Source: Lama glama (lineage: Eukaryota). From it: DNA of 64,000 nucleotides. Positions 61,950-64,000 of this stretch are shown here, piece by piece. The stretch spans positions 99,202,001 to 99,266,000 of the forward strand of contig CM052816.1 of NCBI GenBank assembly GCA_028534125.1, written 5' to 3'. The notes under the pieces were generated by a model. That model was not told the origin of the DNA, searched no databases, and saw only the letters and a program-made list of their open reading frames with translations. The translations under genes and the position numbers were made by a program. How positions within the stretch are numbered: the first letter of the stretch is position 1; each line of letters starts with the position of its first letter.

Positions 61950-64000
61950 AATACATTTTAAAATTTATACTTAGTTATTTTTTGATGAGAAAATTACTTC
62001 ATGTCTTAATGTTGTCATCACATTATTAATTCCCTTTATTTAACCTATTATTACCGGCATTTGGTAACATGTGTTCATTGACATAGTGTTGCTGGAGGAT
62101 CATTTAAACAGTGACCAATCATTAATGAAAACGTCTGTTGAGTCAACGCACACTGATGGCTGACAGCACATTCCAGGGTACAGTTCATTTCATAACTATT
62201 CTTTTTAAATTTGTTTTAAACATGGGATCCAAAATAATTTTATTTTTCAATCCATTTTCTCCCAGTCTTTCTTCTTTGCTGTCTGTCCTTTTCTTCCTTC
62301 TTTTTTCCAACCTCCTAAAAGTGGTCAATTCAGCCTCACAATAGAAATCAAGTGCATCTTTGAACATCTAAAATTACTTTAAAACGACTCTGGAAGGAAG
62401 GTCTCCATAACCCTTATAGAAGCAACACATCTCCCTCCCTCCCTCTCTCTCTCTCTCTTTATTTTTTTTTTTTGGTTCCTTAAAAGTGCTTATCAAGATG
62501 AATGAGAACAGTGGTGGGTAATTTCAAAGATGAAATTGCTTTTCTCTCCAGCTTTCCCACAGCATTTCAAGGTCACAGGTGAGGGAGGGAGCCCACTGCC
62601 CAGCCTTCTCCTGGGTCCCGTCAGGACACATTACCCTCCCAGCACAGAATGACTCTGTGTTATTTTTCCTCGCCAAAGAGGGTGTGAAATTCCTCCTCAT
62701 TCACACATTGTTGGGTAAAGCCGCAGTGTTAGGAAGAGATGACATCCCCTGTCCTGTGTCCCCAACACTGTTTCCTGGCCCAGCTACTCAACCACCTGCG
62801 TTAGGATGTGCCCCATCCTCTGACAGGTCAGGGAGGGAGACCCGGGGACACATCCTAGAGACGGGAGCCCTGGCGGCAGTGAGACCTTACAGTGCACCAT
62901 GCTGGATGGGGCACAAAGTCACCCCCAAACTGTGTATTGTTTGATTGACTATTTCACAAAATATCAAAACAATATGTTCTGCTTTTTTTTAGCCAGTCCT
63001 CTGAAGGATGCTTTAATCTGAGGGTTAAATCTTAAAGCTTTAACCTCAGGGTTCCTATTTGACAACCTACTGATGCCCAAACATTCTCAAGCACCCAGGA
63101 GGGTTAACAGAGCTCAAAATTCACCAAGGCATCCCTATATTTGCTGCTATGTAGGAAAAAAAAATCTTGATGATCACCTCTTTTGGAGACATCAGCAGTT
63201 CTACACACGGTTTTTCTTAGATTAAAACAATGATCGTATTTTCATAGGTAATCTGGCCTGATAGACTTTTAAAACTGTTTAAAAACATTTTAAAATATGT
63301 CATCTGTTGAATAATTCTTTTTATGGAAATCAGGGAAATTATGGCTCCAAGTGACGATCATTTTGCTGACTTCTACAGAATTCCGGTTCCTGCGAGGTCG
63401 TCACAGGATCCATGACAACGTCAAGGAAACTCATGAACAACAATGAGCGGCTGGAATTGAGAGACTCAGAACATTCTTGGATGTCAAAGCACGAGAGCTC
63501 TTTGGCAGCAAAGTGGGAAGTGACTTACATCATAAAGCCCGCTTTGCAGCCCAGGCTGCGCCCTTCGGATGGTACAAAACTTAGAACAAACTTCTCCAGC
63601 ACTCGGTGGTCTCTTGTGGTCGCTAGAGATTGTGATGTCAGCCTCACAAAGCTCTGTGACGAGTGCGATGAACAGCGTGTGCTACTGCTTAACAACAGGC
63701 GCTCTTGTTAGCAATATTCAGATACTACGATGGAAGCACTTGCGGGAGCCACCTATGGAAGAGGGACTCCAGAGGCGGAGGAAAGGCCTGGCCTGCATCC
63801 GGCCCGGGGCCTGCCTGGAGCCCTGTTTTGCGTGAGCTCTTCCCCGGGTGGAACTGGCTTGATTCTCTGATTTCTGTCCCATGGGCCAAGCTCTCCATCA
63901 GCTTTGGGACCACAGGAGAGGGTGTCGTCTAGACATGAAACTCAAGGGGAAGAAGCCCATTGGAACAAGCCACAAAATGCAACAAGCCTGTGGTTTTATC

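Noticed and set aside
63412..63711. 99-aa ATG-initiated ORF downstream of a weak acceptor-like ttctacag
   Set aside because: No recognisable homology and the length is expected by chance in GC-rich DNA; PhyloCSF or BLASTP would be needed to revive it
1..64000. CRISPR arrays, operons, tRNA/rRNA genes, ERV internal genes, processed pseudogenes
   Set aside because: None recognised; the LTRs appear to be solo copies and the TSD-flanked poly-A inserts I found are all L1

Overview
Mammalian non-coding DNA with no protein-coding gene I can support. The repeats are eutherian: MIR, L2, MLT1/MLT2 LTRs, ERV1-like solo LTRs and many L1 layers. One recurring young L1 3'UTR is of the cetartiodactyl type. 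I saw no ruminant, pig or cetacean SINEs, so a camelid source is my inference. Roughly 2.5-45 kb is AT-rich and L1-dense, while 47-64 kb is more GC- and CpG-rich. A CpG island at ~35.5-36.1 kb ends in a (GCC)7 run that enters a 500-N gap, which may hide a first exon. Several repeat-free blocks have dense homeodomain, TALE, GATA, RFX or nuclear-receptor motifs, as expected in an enhancer-rich gene desert or long intron. The ORF track is explained by L1 remnants, chance ORFs and read-through of the gap. Best leads: the gapped CpG island, a hairpin with C/D-like boxes at 45.3 kb, a mini-intron plus terminal exon at 49.2-49.7 kb, an internally deleted L1MC keeping both ends, and several motif clusters. 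I found no clear evidence of a novel multi-gene system. Repeat family names are from remembered consensus sequences and boundaries are approximate unless a TSD is given.
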